A stretch of 37,555 nucleotides of DNA from Octopus bimaculoides. Taxonomy: Eukaryota. How positions within the stretch are numbered: position 1 is the stretch's first letter; the number at the start of each line of letters is the position of its first letter. The position numbers and the translations under genes were made by a program. Below are positions 22,870 to 34,915 of the stretch, piece after piece. Location of the stretch: positions 139,972,394 to 140,009,948 of the forward strand of contig NC_068983.1 of assembly GCF_001194135.2 (NCBI RefSeq), written 5' to 3'. The notes under the pieces are model-generated. The model worked only from the letters and a program-made list of their open reading frames with translations, was not told the origin of the DNA and ran no database searches.

Positions 22870-23993
22870 NNNNNNNNNNNNNNNNNNNNNNNNNNNNNNN
22901 NNNNNNNNNNNNNNNNNNNNNNNNNNNNNNNNNNNNNNNNNNNNNNNNNNNNNNNNNNNNNNNNNNNNNNNNNNNNNNNNNNNNNNNNNNNNNNNNNNNN
23001 NNNNNNNNNNNNNNNNNNNNNNNNNNNNNNNNNNNNNNNNNNNNNNNNNNNNNNNNNNNNNNNNNNNNNNNNNNNNNNNNNNNNNNNNNNNNNNNNNNNN
23101 NNNNNNNNNNNNNNNNNNNNNNNNNNNNNNNNNNNNNNNNNNNNNNNNNNNNNNNNNNNNNNNNNNNNNNNNNNNNNNNNNNNNNNNNNNNNNNNNNNNN
23201 NNNNNNNNNNNNNNNNNNNNNNNNNNNNNNNNNNNNNNNNNNNNNNNNNNNNNNNNNNNNNNNNNNNNNNNNNNNNNNNNNNNNNNNNNNNNNNNNNNNN
23301 NNNNNNNNNNNNNNNNNNNNNNNNNNNNNNNNNNNNNNNNNNNNNNNNNNNNNNNNNNNNNNNNTCTATCATGGTGCGGTAAATCATATATAGATATACG
23401 TAGATAGATGGACACTTTTCAATATTATCACATAATTTTAGCACCTACTATTTCCATTCCGAAAAACCATTCAGTGTATTCTTAACGCATATGAAATATT
23501 ACATATAAAAACACTAAGAATAAACGCGTCAAAACATTGAAGAACTTTACTTTTATGCTGAAAATCAAGTTCATTTTCTTTTCTGATTTATTCAACATCG
23601 TCTACTGTACATTATTTCATCACTGGTAAATACATTTAAAAGATATCTGATATTTGTAAAGTTACATTGATACATTTAATCGTTGTGGCTATTGAAGATG
23701 ACTCTCCACGTAATTTCATGCTTAGACTAGTTTACTTTCATTATGAAAATTAATGCGTATATGCCCCTATAAAATCTTAAAATTATCAAACGCATATCCA
23801 AGGGCAATGTACATGATATGTCATTTCCAAACTTACTTTCCATATAATATTGAGAATATATTTGATCTACTTAATTGATTAATAAATATTTCTCGTGGAA
23901 ATCACTAGACTAATGAACCTCTGTTGACACACACACAAACACACACACACACACACACACAGAGACATATATATATATATATATATATATATA

Positions 23994-24310
23994 GGCCTAG
24001 GAGTGGCTGTGTGGTAAGTAGCTTGCTACCAACCAAATGGCTCCGGCTTCAGTCCCACTGTGTGACACTTTGGGCAAGTGTTTTCTACTATAGCCTCGGG
24101 CCGACCAAAGCCTTGAGAGTGGATTTTTGTAGACGGAAACTGAAAGAAGCCCGTCGCATATATGTGTGTGTGTTTGTGTGTCTGTGTTTGTCCCCCCCCC
24201 CCCCAACATCGCTTGACAACCGATGGTGGTGTGTTTACGTCCCCGTAACTTAGCTGTTCGGCAAAATAGACTAATAGAATAAGTACTAGGCTTACAAAGA
24301 ATAAACTAGT
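23994..24310 (+). mobile_element. tRNA-derived CORE-type SINE with internal (TA/TG) microsatellite
   Basis: tRNA-like head GGAGTGGCTGTGTGGTAAG...GCTTCAGTCCCAC, followed by CORE-like ACTTTGGGCAAGTGTTTTCTACTATAGCCTCGGGCCGACCAAAGCC. It is inserted directly after a (CA)n(TA)n tract. Confidence 0.8.
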
Positions 24311-25649
24311 TCACAGATGTTCTTTTACGCTAGGTGGAGGTGCTGAACTCCCCGTTCAAAAATGTAAGGAGAAAGATAATGTGTCCTATAGCCAGCTAGA
24401 AACGATATTTCTAAGGGCCAAAACAGTAGTAAAAGCGTACCTTGCAGGACAGCCACGTTTTGTTGGCAAACATATATAAACACACATACATAGTTATGTA
24501 TGTATAGAATAATACAATTAGTAATCCCAACAACTTTTGTTTTGATATATTCACACGTCGTTAATTCTTATATGACTTCGTTCGTTGTTTGTAAGCCGAA
24601 ATAGAAGACACAAAATCGACAATAAATGAAAGAGAAAGCCATCAATACGGCCAAATGACTGAATGAGTATAAAATTCTAATTTTATCCAGGTACACATAT
24701 TTGTCTTATGCAGTCAACTAGCTTTAGAAATAAGGTGTGTAAAAGAAAACTGCATATCGAAGCGTATTTATCTTCACATGAGAATACAAAATCAAAAAGC
24801 TACAAGAAGGAAGTCTAAAAATATACATTGAAAAACAACAATGAAATTCGTATTATCTATTCGTTTACATTATATATTTACTAATGTATTCTGATATGAT
24901 ACAATTTTAGTTGTAATATTAGAATGGAGTTTCTTAAATGCTGCTGTATTTTATGGAAATTCTAATTTTGTCAAAGACAATAAAAGTACAATGAGAATAC
25001 GTAACGTTTCTCATTTTCTGGTGAATGTTATTGTCGAGGGTAAAATATATTTGCTATAACCGGAAAAGAAAACGATCATTTGGTTTTCTAACGCTAGAAC
25101 ATTTTCAAAGATCATTTAAATTTTATTGACGGAAATACTCACACAATTTGAATTTTACTGAATTGTTGAAATCATAATCACATGATCGAGCTAAGAATTC
25201 GTTAAACTGCATTCTTGAAGATGATTTTAGTTTTGCCTTACAATAAATGTCAAATAGTTGTAAGGTCTAGAAATCCTTCGCCCCACCTCCAGTGATATCC
25301 GTTCAACTCGCCCACGTTTCTACATCACATTTTTATATGTGTCTCTCCACTTCTGCTCGAATATTTCTCAATAGCTTCTCACAAGAAAATATTCTCCTTA
25401 AAACTTAAAATAAGAGGAAAATTGCTTCCAAAATCCACACATTAGTCTTAAGAAACTCAGGGAAAAATTGAATAATGTAGTAGAAGACTTAACAGAAATA
25501 AATAGAGGAGTTTTGAAATATGAGAATGTATTTTTAACGATAGATTGAGACGATCCTTACACACTGTGCTTGATACATTGGCTGATGTCTCTTATATTTC
25601 TGTTGTTGCTCAGACTGACAGAGTAACATATATATTTAGGTCGCTTTTT

Positions 25650-28600
25650 TTTCTATTCCACATATACTAATGGGTTGTAATTTCTTGTTTGACCTTTTTA
25701 TTTTCTCTTTACCCCTATAAATATATTCAGTCCGAGAATATCCCTTTATATCTTCTGAACTGCTGTATTAGTTGCAATATATGGTGTCGCAGACTGCTGC
25801 TCTCATATTCTCGAAAGACTTCCGTATGCGATAGATATTAGCCGTTTTGCATATAGCTGTTCCCAAGAATCAATTTACGAAAGGCAAAATTTGGGAAAAC
25901 TGATACCTTAAATACATCCTGATAGCCCCAAGATCCGTCTATTTATAACTGACAAACCATCAAATACCTGTTGTGAATATAAGATAATAGATTAAAAATT
26001 CCATTTTTTCTTCTAGTTTTCTTCTCTCAATGACCAGATGAAACCTCCCAACGTTTGTCAAATATAACATTTTTCAGAAGTTAATTAACATTAAATAGCA
26101 AACAACGAAATAAGCAAATAATTTCATTATAGCTGCTCATTTTCGTGCTTTCATACAACAAAATATAGTGTAGCGTATAATTCCGATTCCTCATATAAAA
26201 TAAATATGGTAATTTGAAGAGAGCTGGATCTGTATGGTAAGGATAACTCTTTTCAATGTTAACAGTTTGTCCACAGTATATTCAAAATATGCGTTTTCCC
26301 CCATCCTCTTTTATCATTTTCAAGTATACTAGTATGCTTGTTCTTTGAATTCGCTGAATTTACCATTCTTCATTAATATTTGTTTCCAAGTTAAATGTTA
26401 TCAGTTTTCTTGAAGACAAGACGTATTTCTATGTATTTGTAATAACACAAACTCATGGAAAATTGTGTTAACGTACTGATATATTCTTCTATGCACTTAC
26501 ACATGGTTATAATAGCTGTATCATTGTAATTTTCAAATACTACTTGCTCTCCTGCATGAGGAAAATATAAGCAGACACTATGTGCGTGACTGCCTGTGGC
26601 AGATACTGTGGATGTGTGTTGCTAATAGTCTACTAATCTTTTTGTCTACTATATACGTTCGTCTTCCACATTATTATATCTCATTAAAGATAATTACGGT
26701 TAAAATGTTAATAGATATTAGCCTTTTCCTTGCAATGTAATTTTTTACTACATATTTGCATAATAATTCTGTCATAGTAGCAATTTAATTATAGTGTTGA
26801 GTAGCTACTTTTACTGGTCTACTCTTAGTTATTTGTAAGTTTACGCTTGTATAAATATTCTACTTTCAAGATATATATTTATTTATGCTTAACATATATT
26901 TATGATCGTTTCTAACTTCATGGTTTATCTTACAATATTTCTCAAACAATATTTCTTGAAATATTTCAGTTAGAACATTAGACTCTTTCAAATATGTTAA
27001 CTAAATGTTCATACCATTTCTGTACGTAATATAGGTAACGGGAGTTCTATGACAGTTATGTACTCAGGTATTGTATTTGAGTTAAGCATTAGATATACTT
27101 ATCTCAAACACACGAACTGTAATGGAATGGAATTCCTATGATTATTAAATTTATTAATGACCATTCATTACATTTCTATTCATCCATCCATCCATCATTT
27201 TATTGGGGTATGTTTGCAATTTATTATTTATATGATACAGTTAATACATCCAGTTTTTTTCCAATTCTACACTTCACACAAACCAGTTTGGCTACTATTG
27301 AAATAGATAGCCCTCAATCAAATGACCTTATAAGTTTATCCATGCCATGCACAAGTTTCTCCATTCCTTCTGTCTACAATTATCAATCTATAAACGTTAA
27401 TGACATCCGTATAACTGCCATCATTTTGCAGGTAGTGTGTACCTCCAATGCAGTTACTGCCTACGTACTTTTCATTGTGCGCGTTACTGACAATGAGGTG
27501 CTTTCATTCTTCTGTCAACATTGTTGCATACTTACAAAAACTTCATAAACATGAAATAATGCTTGCTTCCATTGAATCTGCACTACATATCCAGAGAAAC
27601 CATGAAATATGCTAAATCGTGTTAAGACAATGCATCATTATTCAATATTGTAGATTCGCAAATCGGCAACTGTAATATGGTAAGTTGCCACCAATTACCA
27701 TAGGCTGTCTCTAAGAATTTTTACTCGAACTGAAATGGCCTCTCATTTGCTTCAGCTTATGTTACACTACGAAGGAAATTTTCTAACAGGAATATCGACT
27801 GTTAGCCAAAATCATATCATACCTAGTATTCTTTCCATAACAGAATCTACTTCTAATAATTTCCTAGGCCTTGAGATATGCACTGGGAAAAAGCATACAT
27901 CAGATATTTTGCTTGGTTAAACCACACCAGACAAGTTCTAGATATTTTGTGACCAGATACGTTAGGATTTTGGGCACAAGATGGCAGATTTTGACGATTA
28001 AAATACATAATAAAACTAATCATATATTCTGATATTTACAGTTACATGCCAGAAAATAATTCCGGTTTCTTCAGTTTTTGAAACATTCATTACGGCTTCA
28101 AGTAATACTTAAATTTATGTTTCACTTACATTTATGTCAGTAATACATAAATGTATTGCTTACGGCTTCAAGTAATACAGAAATTTACGTAGAGAATAAA
28201 CATGAATTAATCTCTAAAATACGTTTTAGAGAGTACTACTGCCATACAAGCAATCGCCTATGGACAATTACAGATTCGGAAGAACTTACTCAGCAACTCA
28301 CGGCAAGCAATAGAAGCATCTTTATAGTCGATGAGCCTTCTAACATGCTAGCTAAAGAGTACTCATTAAAAACTTAAGGTCTTAAGAAAGGACATATTAG
28401 ATATATTTTCGAATTCTACGTTGCGATTGTCATGGCATGCACGCCTAACATCGATCATGGTTCTGATCTCCTATTTCACATATTCCTTCCTTTATAACCA
28501 GTTTTATACATCATAATGAAGGTCTAATCGTTACATACCTACCTCCTCTTGTCGATAATCTATCGGAATTCTCTACTTGATACACCATTGATCACCATAA

Positions 28601-28700
28601 TTTTGCTACCAAAAGCCTCAGCAAGTAGATTAGCTTGTTCATTCAGGTTTTCCTACACACGTCGACTTACAGTTAACCAAACGGAACATTAATTTTATTG
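25650..28700 (-). mobile_element. Very old, heavily decayed I-group-like LINE ORF2, interrupted about 26030-27230
   Basis: Short minus-strand peptide relics occur in the expected order: ANLLAEAF (about 28640), VH..L...SLKRILEIN (about 28230), LPSC...LVWF...SQC (about 27950), LLENFLR and FLETAYGNWW (about 27790-27690; cf. DLEKAYDTTW), KTGCIN (about 27250), EFL..LIF (about 26000), SWG...RKLILG..Y...YL (about 25930-25830; cf. WGAD...SKLDYG). Assigned by eye only. Confidence 0.45.
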
Positions 28701-29448
28701 GACCGTCCTCTAATCAATCTCATAGAACACAATATACTTGCAGAATATCGTGTGCACTTACCTCTTTTTTGGTGGGTAAGATATTAAAAAGTTANNNNNN
28801 NNNNTATATATATATATATATATATATATATTTACTTTGCATGAGATGATTACTGATGTTGCCTTATATTTGACGAACAGGCAGATAGATATTTTATGTT
28901 TGTAAGTAGTTTGTCCATTTCGTATTCATTTATTGATATTTTTTAATTACCGTATTAGAAAATTCACCATCGTGTTTTGACAAAGAAAGCAAATTGAATG
29001 CATTACGCAAAAAGATATACCAAAATGTGATGAGGATGAGCAAATTTGGAGGAATTTGGAAGGTTATAAATCCCAGGGATGTAAGTTACGCCAAACTTTG
29101 ATTGATGAGGTTCGTTATATTATATTTATATAGGTCTGAATCTTTGATTCAATAAAAGTTGTTTGCTGATCGTATAAATGCTATTTATGTTATCATGTGG
29201 AGTTTATACGTCTGCGTGGTTTTATGTCGGCAAATATATACAAACAGATAATGCCATAGTATATTTGCAGTAAATACGTTCCCAAAGCATCATAATATTT
29301 AACAAGTTTATCAGGTATTTAAACACTACTGCTTTATTCATGACAATTACGAAGTTGCATTTAAAAACAGAATATGCACTCGCTTCATTGGTTTGCAGAG
29401 TGTACAACATATATGAGTGCATATATATTGTGAATGAGTTGAGGTCTT

Positions 29449-29800
29449 ACACAAGCTTTACTCTGAGGTGGTATTGTTAACGTATTCGAAACGTTTAACC
29501 TAATTAAGAGTGTGCCTAGCATTAGGCTTTAAACAAGCTTAACTGGAGAAGGACACCGCAGATATACTTGAAAATACTAACATAATTAAATAGTTTCCAG
29601 TGTTAGATTTAAATAAGCTAAACCATGGAAAGATATCAAAGACATAATAAAAAATCTCAGATGAGGAAAGAAATTTGGATTGGTAAACTATAAACAAGCT
29701 TAGCTTAGGAAGGATATCAAAAACATAGTTATAAATGTTAAGATTATGAAACAATGTCTACCTGATAAGTTGTAAACAAGCTTAATTATGGACGAGTAAC
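29449..29800. repeat. Degenerate tandem repeat, period 80-82 bp, about 4.5 copies
   Basis: The core A(C/T)AAGCT(T/A) recurs at 29451, 29533, 29613, 29694 and 29776. The first ~45 bp of units 2-4 align (AAACAAGCTTAAC..GGAAGGATATCAAAGACATA..AAAAT). Confidence 0.75.
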
Positions 29801-29889
29801 GATAGCACAAGCAAATCTCATTTCCCTATTATTCGACTGACAAACGTATTTTCAGGAGCAAAATGGTTGTATCGAAAGGAAAGAAAGAA

Positions 29890-30350
29890 TTATATGCCTG
29901 ATGAACGTTTAAAAGGTACGAAGAAAAAAACATTGGCTTCGAAAGGAATTCACAGACTATGCATTACTAAAACAACAACAGGCTTTTATAACTGGACAGT
30001 CACTTGAGTAAAATGTCTTGTATGCTGGTAAATTCTGAATACAAATGATAACTAAAGAAAAATGCTTTCGACTATGTCCAACACAACCAGAAATGAAATG
30101 AAATTTATGACACTGTGGGTTTCTTCCTAGACAGCATCTCAAGACAAATCCATTTGTGACGCGCCAGCACACTTTATTCTGGAAACAAACATATAGACCG
30201 AAAAAAACATTTGAAATTCTCGTCAATTATAGCCACAATGATGTTCCTCTCACTATATATTGCGTGTTTTTTAACACACCATATCAACGAAGAGAGCTTT
30301 TTCACACAAAAAGCGCAGCATCATGCATTCATCACTATATGTACTTGAAT
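29890..30350 (+). mobile_element. Decayed RTE-like LINE reverse transcriptase fragment
   Basis: Frame with stops: EEKNIGFERNSQTMHY*NNNRLL ... KNAFDYVQHN. This resembles the RTE pattern EQAGFRxxxSTxDHI...RLLE...KAFDSVEHN. Confidence 0.5.
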
Positions 30351-31054
30351 AATGATACATGGATGGCTATAAATGCATATATGCAAAGACACATGCACAC
30401 ATGCACGTCTATATACGCCTAGGTCGTGTATGTATCTATATATGTACGTACGTTTATATATGTTTTGTGTTCATTTATATATACACATTAATGGGAGAAG
30501 ACAGAGAACATCGAAGAAAGAAACATGGCTGACGTATGTGAAGGTGTCAATTTATCAAAACAGGGTAAATAAGAATGAAAGTGTTAACCAGTTGTGAAAG
30601 CCTTCAGACGATAACAGCATTGTTGATGGCAAAGAAAGCAATCGATTGAGTATGGACTGTCGTAGTATTATTTATGGCACTCTCCTCACCGCATGACTTT
30701 GAATATAATATAATAAACGTTATTATATATATACATATATATTGGGTTAAAATACCCACAGACATTGTGACTAAGATTGATTATTACAAGTCTTTGTATA
30801 TGTGAATACTTGTGCATATATGCATGTTTGCGATGTTCATAATTGATTTCAGTGTCAAGCTGATATCTGTCTTTTTACGTATTCGTCTACCTTTAATTGT
30901 ATATCTTCAGTAGAATGAAGACCTACCGATGCGACATCGTTGAACATTAGAAATATGTGCACGTTGATATGAGCATGAACTTTTGCTAGATATCGGGTAA
31001 AATATATGTTTGTGTGTGTGCTTAGACAGCAGGCTGGGGGCATAGGATCTCAGT

Positions 31055-31140
31055 TAAAATTTGCTTCCATCCTTTCGTGGCCAGGCCCTGGGGCCGATGC
31101 AATTGACTTACTACTTCCCCCAAAATCTTCTGCTGTAGTA
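31055..31140 (+). mobile_element. Degenerate, internally deleted SINE fragment (family of 11386/12225/32919)
   Basis: TTTGCTTCCATCCTTTCGTGG...CTGGGGCCGATGCAATTGACTTAC...TTCCCCCAAAAT matches the reverse complement of the other copies. Confidence 0.6.
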
Positions 31141-32559
31141 GAAAAGAATATCTGCATATGTACGAATACACAAAGCAGAGATGGAAAATGAGAGATAAAA
31201 AATGCATATGTGACAAATATCCTGCAGGTATTTATAACCTTTTGCATTGCGGAATTTCATCTAGAAAGAATATATATATATATATATACAGAGAGAGAGA
31301 GAGGGGGGGAGACAGAGAGCGCAGGAGAGGGAATGGGAGTGGAAATGAAGCAGAGTCGAGACTAACAAACATACAAAAACTCATATACAGAGAGGAAATG
31401 TAGTAGCAAAATATTATAATCAAATTACATATGATGTGTCCCAGGAGTATAACTGTCGTATCTAAATGAGTCAGTTTCATAGTTCCCGCTTGATTTCTCA
31501 AATGACGTTGATAATGGACTGATGTAAACATGCCATAGTCTGAAGCTAAAACTACGTCACATTTTCTATATGGCCGAAAGAGTATATCTAGACATTTACT
31601 GAATGTAATATTTGCTACGAAGCTGCACTTTTTCAAGGAAATATACTTTGAAAATGAAATTCAAGTCACGTCGGCAATATTTTACGGAAACTTACGTCAT
31701 ATGCAACACTTTACTATAGTGAGTAACAATATGCGTACTGATAGGGGTGTTGAAATGATGGCATCATATGACAGCTAAGCGTATATGCCATACAATATCT
31801 ATTTTCACTTAAGTTCTGAGTTCAAATCATTGTAGATTTTCCTTTAACATATATTTTGGATAAGTGGCAAGCAACCATCGTAGTCAACTTAATTTATTAT
31901 TCCTCTTTACTGATTATTTGTGACCATATATCAGTATAAGAAATCAATATTTACAAGGAAAGCAGTAAATCATGAGAAGGGTTTATTTTCATGCGTTAAT
32001 GTTATGTTCACTTCACTGTTATGTAAGGGAACAGCAGAAAGTATTTAATATAGATTTTTACTTTGGTGTGATTATCTTTTATTTACTTTTTGCAGTTTTG
32101 CTATTAATTAGAAGGTGACACATATTCATATTTGCAGGGCAAAAACCAACAATTCTTCTTTAATCTCATCTGCATTTTGCCGGCAATATTGGAAAGAATA
32201 AACTCTTTAGAAACTATAATATAGATTTTCGACTGTACATGAAGTTCCAATAGAAGAAAATGGAACAATGTTGCAATAATTGTTTCTTCGTTATTCTCAT
32301 TAGTAGGAATAACACGAGAAAGATCAATATTGGAGCAGAATGTTTCACTAATAATAAAACTTTGAGGCGACTAAATATGTAAATATGAAGGAATACCACT
32401 GAGGAGGCAGAGGAAAACAATTTTTTTCTAATTTTGCTGTAATTAGGAGTTCAAATGAAATTTGTTCTATATACTTGTAACTGAAATGGATATCAAATAG
32501 TAATATAAATCAAGCGGATCATATAATTGCTCCATATGGCTACAATTTCTATAATACTC

Positions 32560-32564
32560 ATACA

Positions 32565-32635
<71 letters not shown>
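32560..32635. repeat. (CA)n(TA)n microsatellite
   Basis: Directly visible. Confidence 0.95.
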
Positions 32636-32639
<4 letters not shown>

Positions 32640-32918
32640 ATAGTGATCTCTATTGGCATCCAGCAAATGTTATCAGTGTTTGGCAAGCGCAAAGGAAAGG
32701 CTGCAACTACGGTGCGATCGGGCAAATGGCTCCGATGAGACTGAACAGTATTAGATCGTTGCACCTGCGTCTACAATATTTTCATTTTGTATTGTGGATA
32801 CAGAAATGAATTCCAAACAAATGTTTGAAGTGTGTCCCTTGCATAATGCTTTAAGTTGATTCTTTATCTGCGGTTCTAGAGTATGCTGCAAGTATGTTAG
32901 ATTGATAATTATGAATAT

Positions 32919-33128
32919 TCTGTCAAAATTGTGCCCCAAACCAGCAGATTTGAGAAGAGGGGTAAGTCGATTTGCATCAACTCCAGTATTCGATTGATAC
33001 TTTATTTATTTATCTTAAAGGGATGAAAGGAGGTGATGACGATGGTGGTATTCGAAATCGAAACGTATAGAGTTGGAAGAAATGCCACTAAGCATTTTGT
33101 CCGATTGTCTAACGAATCTGCCAGCTCG
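32919..33128 (-). mobile_element. Near full-length tRNA-derived SINE, same family as 11386/12225
   Basis: The reverse complement starts CCGAGCTGGCAGATTCGTTAG...AAATGCTTAGTGGCATTTC, contains CCTTTCATCCCTTTAAG...GGAGTTGATGCAAATCGACTTACCCCTC, and ends GCACAATTTTGACAG. Confidence 0.75.
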
Positions 33129-33860
33129 GAATATTAATGCTAATCGTTATTTCCTAATTGTCAGTATTGTTCTTTGTTTATAGAAAAAATAGCTTCTGTG
33201 ATACTTTAACAATGTTATGGTTTGTTTTACTTACTATTTCTACTAACCGCATGATGACTGAAAATTTACATGTCATTAACTAAAATATTCTAAAATAATT
33301 TTCTTTACCAAAACACTATTTTGTAACACTCGTCATGAAAATATATTCCCATTGATTTGTTGATTATTTTGATTATCCCCAGATTAACTTTCTCGCAGCG
33401 GAATCATAAGCAACTGGTAATCAATCTGACTAAGGGGTTCTGCATCTGTATTATGTAATGCTTCACATTTTACATCAATATTAAACGCGGTAGGTTTAAT
33501 GTTGATGTTATCTCTAGTAGTTGGAGTGATCCATCCGTTTTGTGTAGTTGTACTAAATAGTAATATATTTCTCCCATTTATAAAATAATTTGTATGCATA
33601 TAGGTTGAAAAGAATGGTTTTCTAAATATTTGCGATACTATGGTGTGCTTATTTCCACTGAAAATAGAAGTAGTGAAATATTTTAGAATTTTGGAGATCT
33701 TAACTTCCCCTCAACGACAAATAGGATACTGGAAAGTTGTTCTTGAGTACTTACTGCATCCAGTTTATAAACCGAGTTCAAATACATATTCGACAGCAAA
33801 CTTAGACATCTGTCAGATTAACGGAACGAACTTCCATTATGTGCTCCTCTTTCCTACATT

Positions 33861-33930
33861 AAAATTCCGACAGGTTGGTTTTGACTATTGAAAACTGGGG
33901 ACGAAATAAAGTACTAGTCAAATACTAGAA
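33861..33930 (+). mobile_element. Short degenerate SINE central-domain fragment
   Basis: AAAATTCCGACAGGTTGGTTTTGAC...GGGGACGAAATAAAGTACTAGTCAAATACT resembles the B-box/central domain of the same SINE family. Confidence 0.45.
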
Positions 33931-34819
33931 ACTATTCTTCCTTCCACCCCTCTCCTTGAATCGGCTGTCATGAATAGGCCAGAATGGTTGTGATCCCATC
34001 ATTCATTTCACAAGTAGTAGTTGACTAAATAAGAATCTAGTTATTATAACCACGCTGCGTTCGAACCTTCTAAAAGCTAATCTCACTTTAATTATTACAA
34101 TATATTGGCAACATTAACTCCAGTACTTGACTTGTCTTTTATTTTATCAACTATTATAGGGTTGACGATATTTGAAATAAAAATATGAAAGGCCGTACCT
34201 AAATATTTCAATGCATTTAGTTACATCATTTACGAGCAATATATTATTATTTCATGAATGAAAAATTTGCATCGACCATCGACCATAATAGTAGTCATGA
34301 TTCCCCCTTAGAACTATTTGATTGAATTCAGTTCACCAGTGCTACCTGCGAAACATACTATTGCCACATAATATCATGTCACCTTTCATTATAATCTACA
34401 GTTTGTTTTTTATTGTGTGTGTAATCAAAAGAAATTAATAATTAGAAATTTTAATATTTCGGAAATTTTACGGTGATCGGATATGAGTATTAATTTCGTC
34501 ACACTTTCAGATTTTACATTTAGTAACTGGCATTCCTTAGGTAACAAAACAACTCAGAACAACCTTGACTCGCTATTCTCTCCTTAGATGTTTTTGCAGC
34601 TGTTACTGGTAAACAAGACTTCAGTTTATGAATTATTGGCAGGCAATTCATTACTCCTAGAGTTCAAAACATATATGATGTTTACGCCCCTGGGTCACCA
34701 ATTATGCTAAAATATGGCTTTGTGCTTGAATTATAAATCATTATATCTTTCAATTAGTTTCGACAGGCGTTTGTTACTTTTCTGGCCTTTAACTAAACGT
34801 GATCTTAGATTAGAGCACT

Positions 34820-34915
34820 CACTCTGACTCACTCACTCACTCCCTCTCTCACTCACTCACTCACTCAAATACACACACTCATAGACATACAAGCACACAT
34901 TCTCTCTCTCTCACT
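34820..34915. repeat. (ACTC)n / (CA)n / (CT)n compound microsatellite
   Basis: Directly visible. Confidence 0.9.

Noticed and set aside
27138-27548. 136-aa plus-strand ORF
   Set aside because: It is antisense to the fossil LINE RT region, with no domain similarity I can recognise.
29449-29800. CRISPR-like repeat/spacer appearance
   Set aside because: The context is eukaryotic, the repeats are non-identical and non-palindromic, and there are no cas genes; kept only as a degenerate tandem repeat.
32640-32770. GC-richer segment checked against snRNA/tRNA patterns
   Set aside because: It matches neither U-snRNA sequences nor a tRNA cloverleaf; tRNA-like boxes elsewhere in the window belong to SINE heads, not functional tRNA genes.
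33384-33552. Possible terminal exon on minus (TTTQNGWITPTTRDNINIK...PLRES*)
   Set aside because: The acceptor is weak, there is no recognisable homology and no partner exon was identified.
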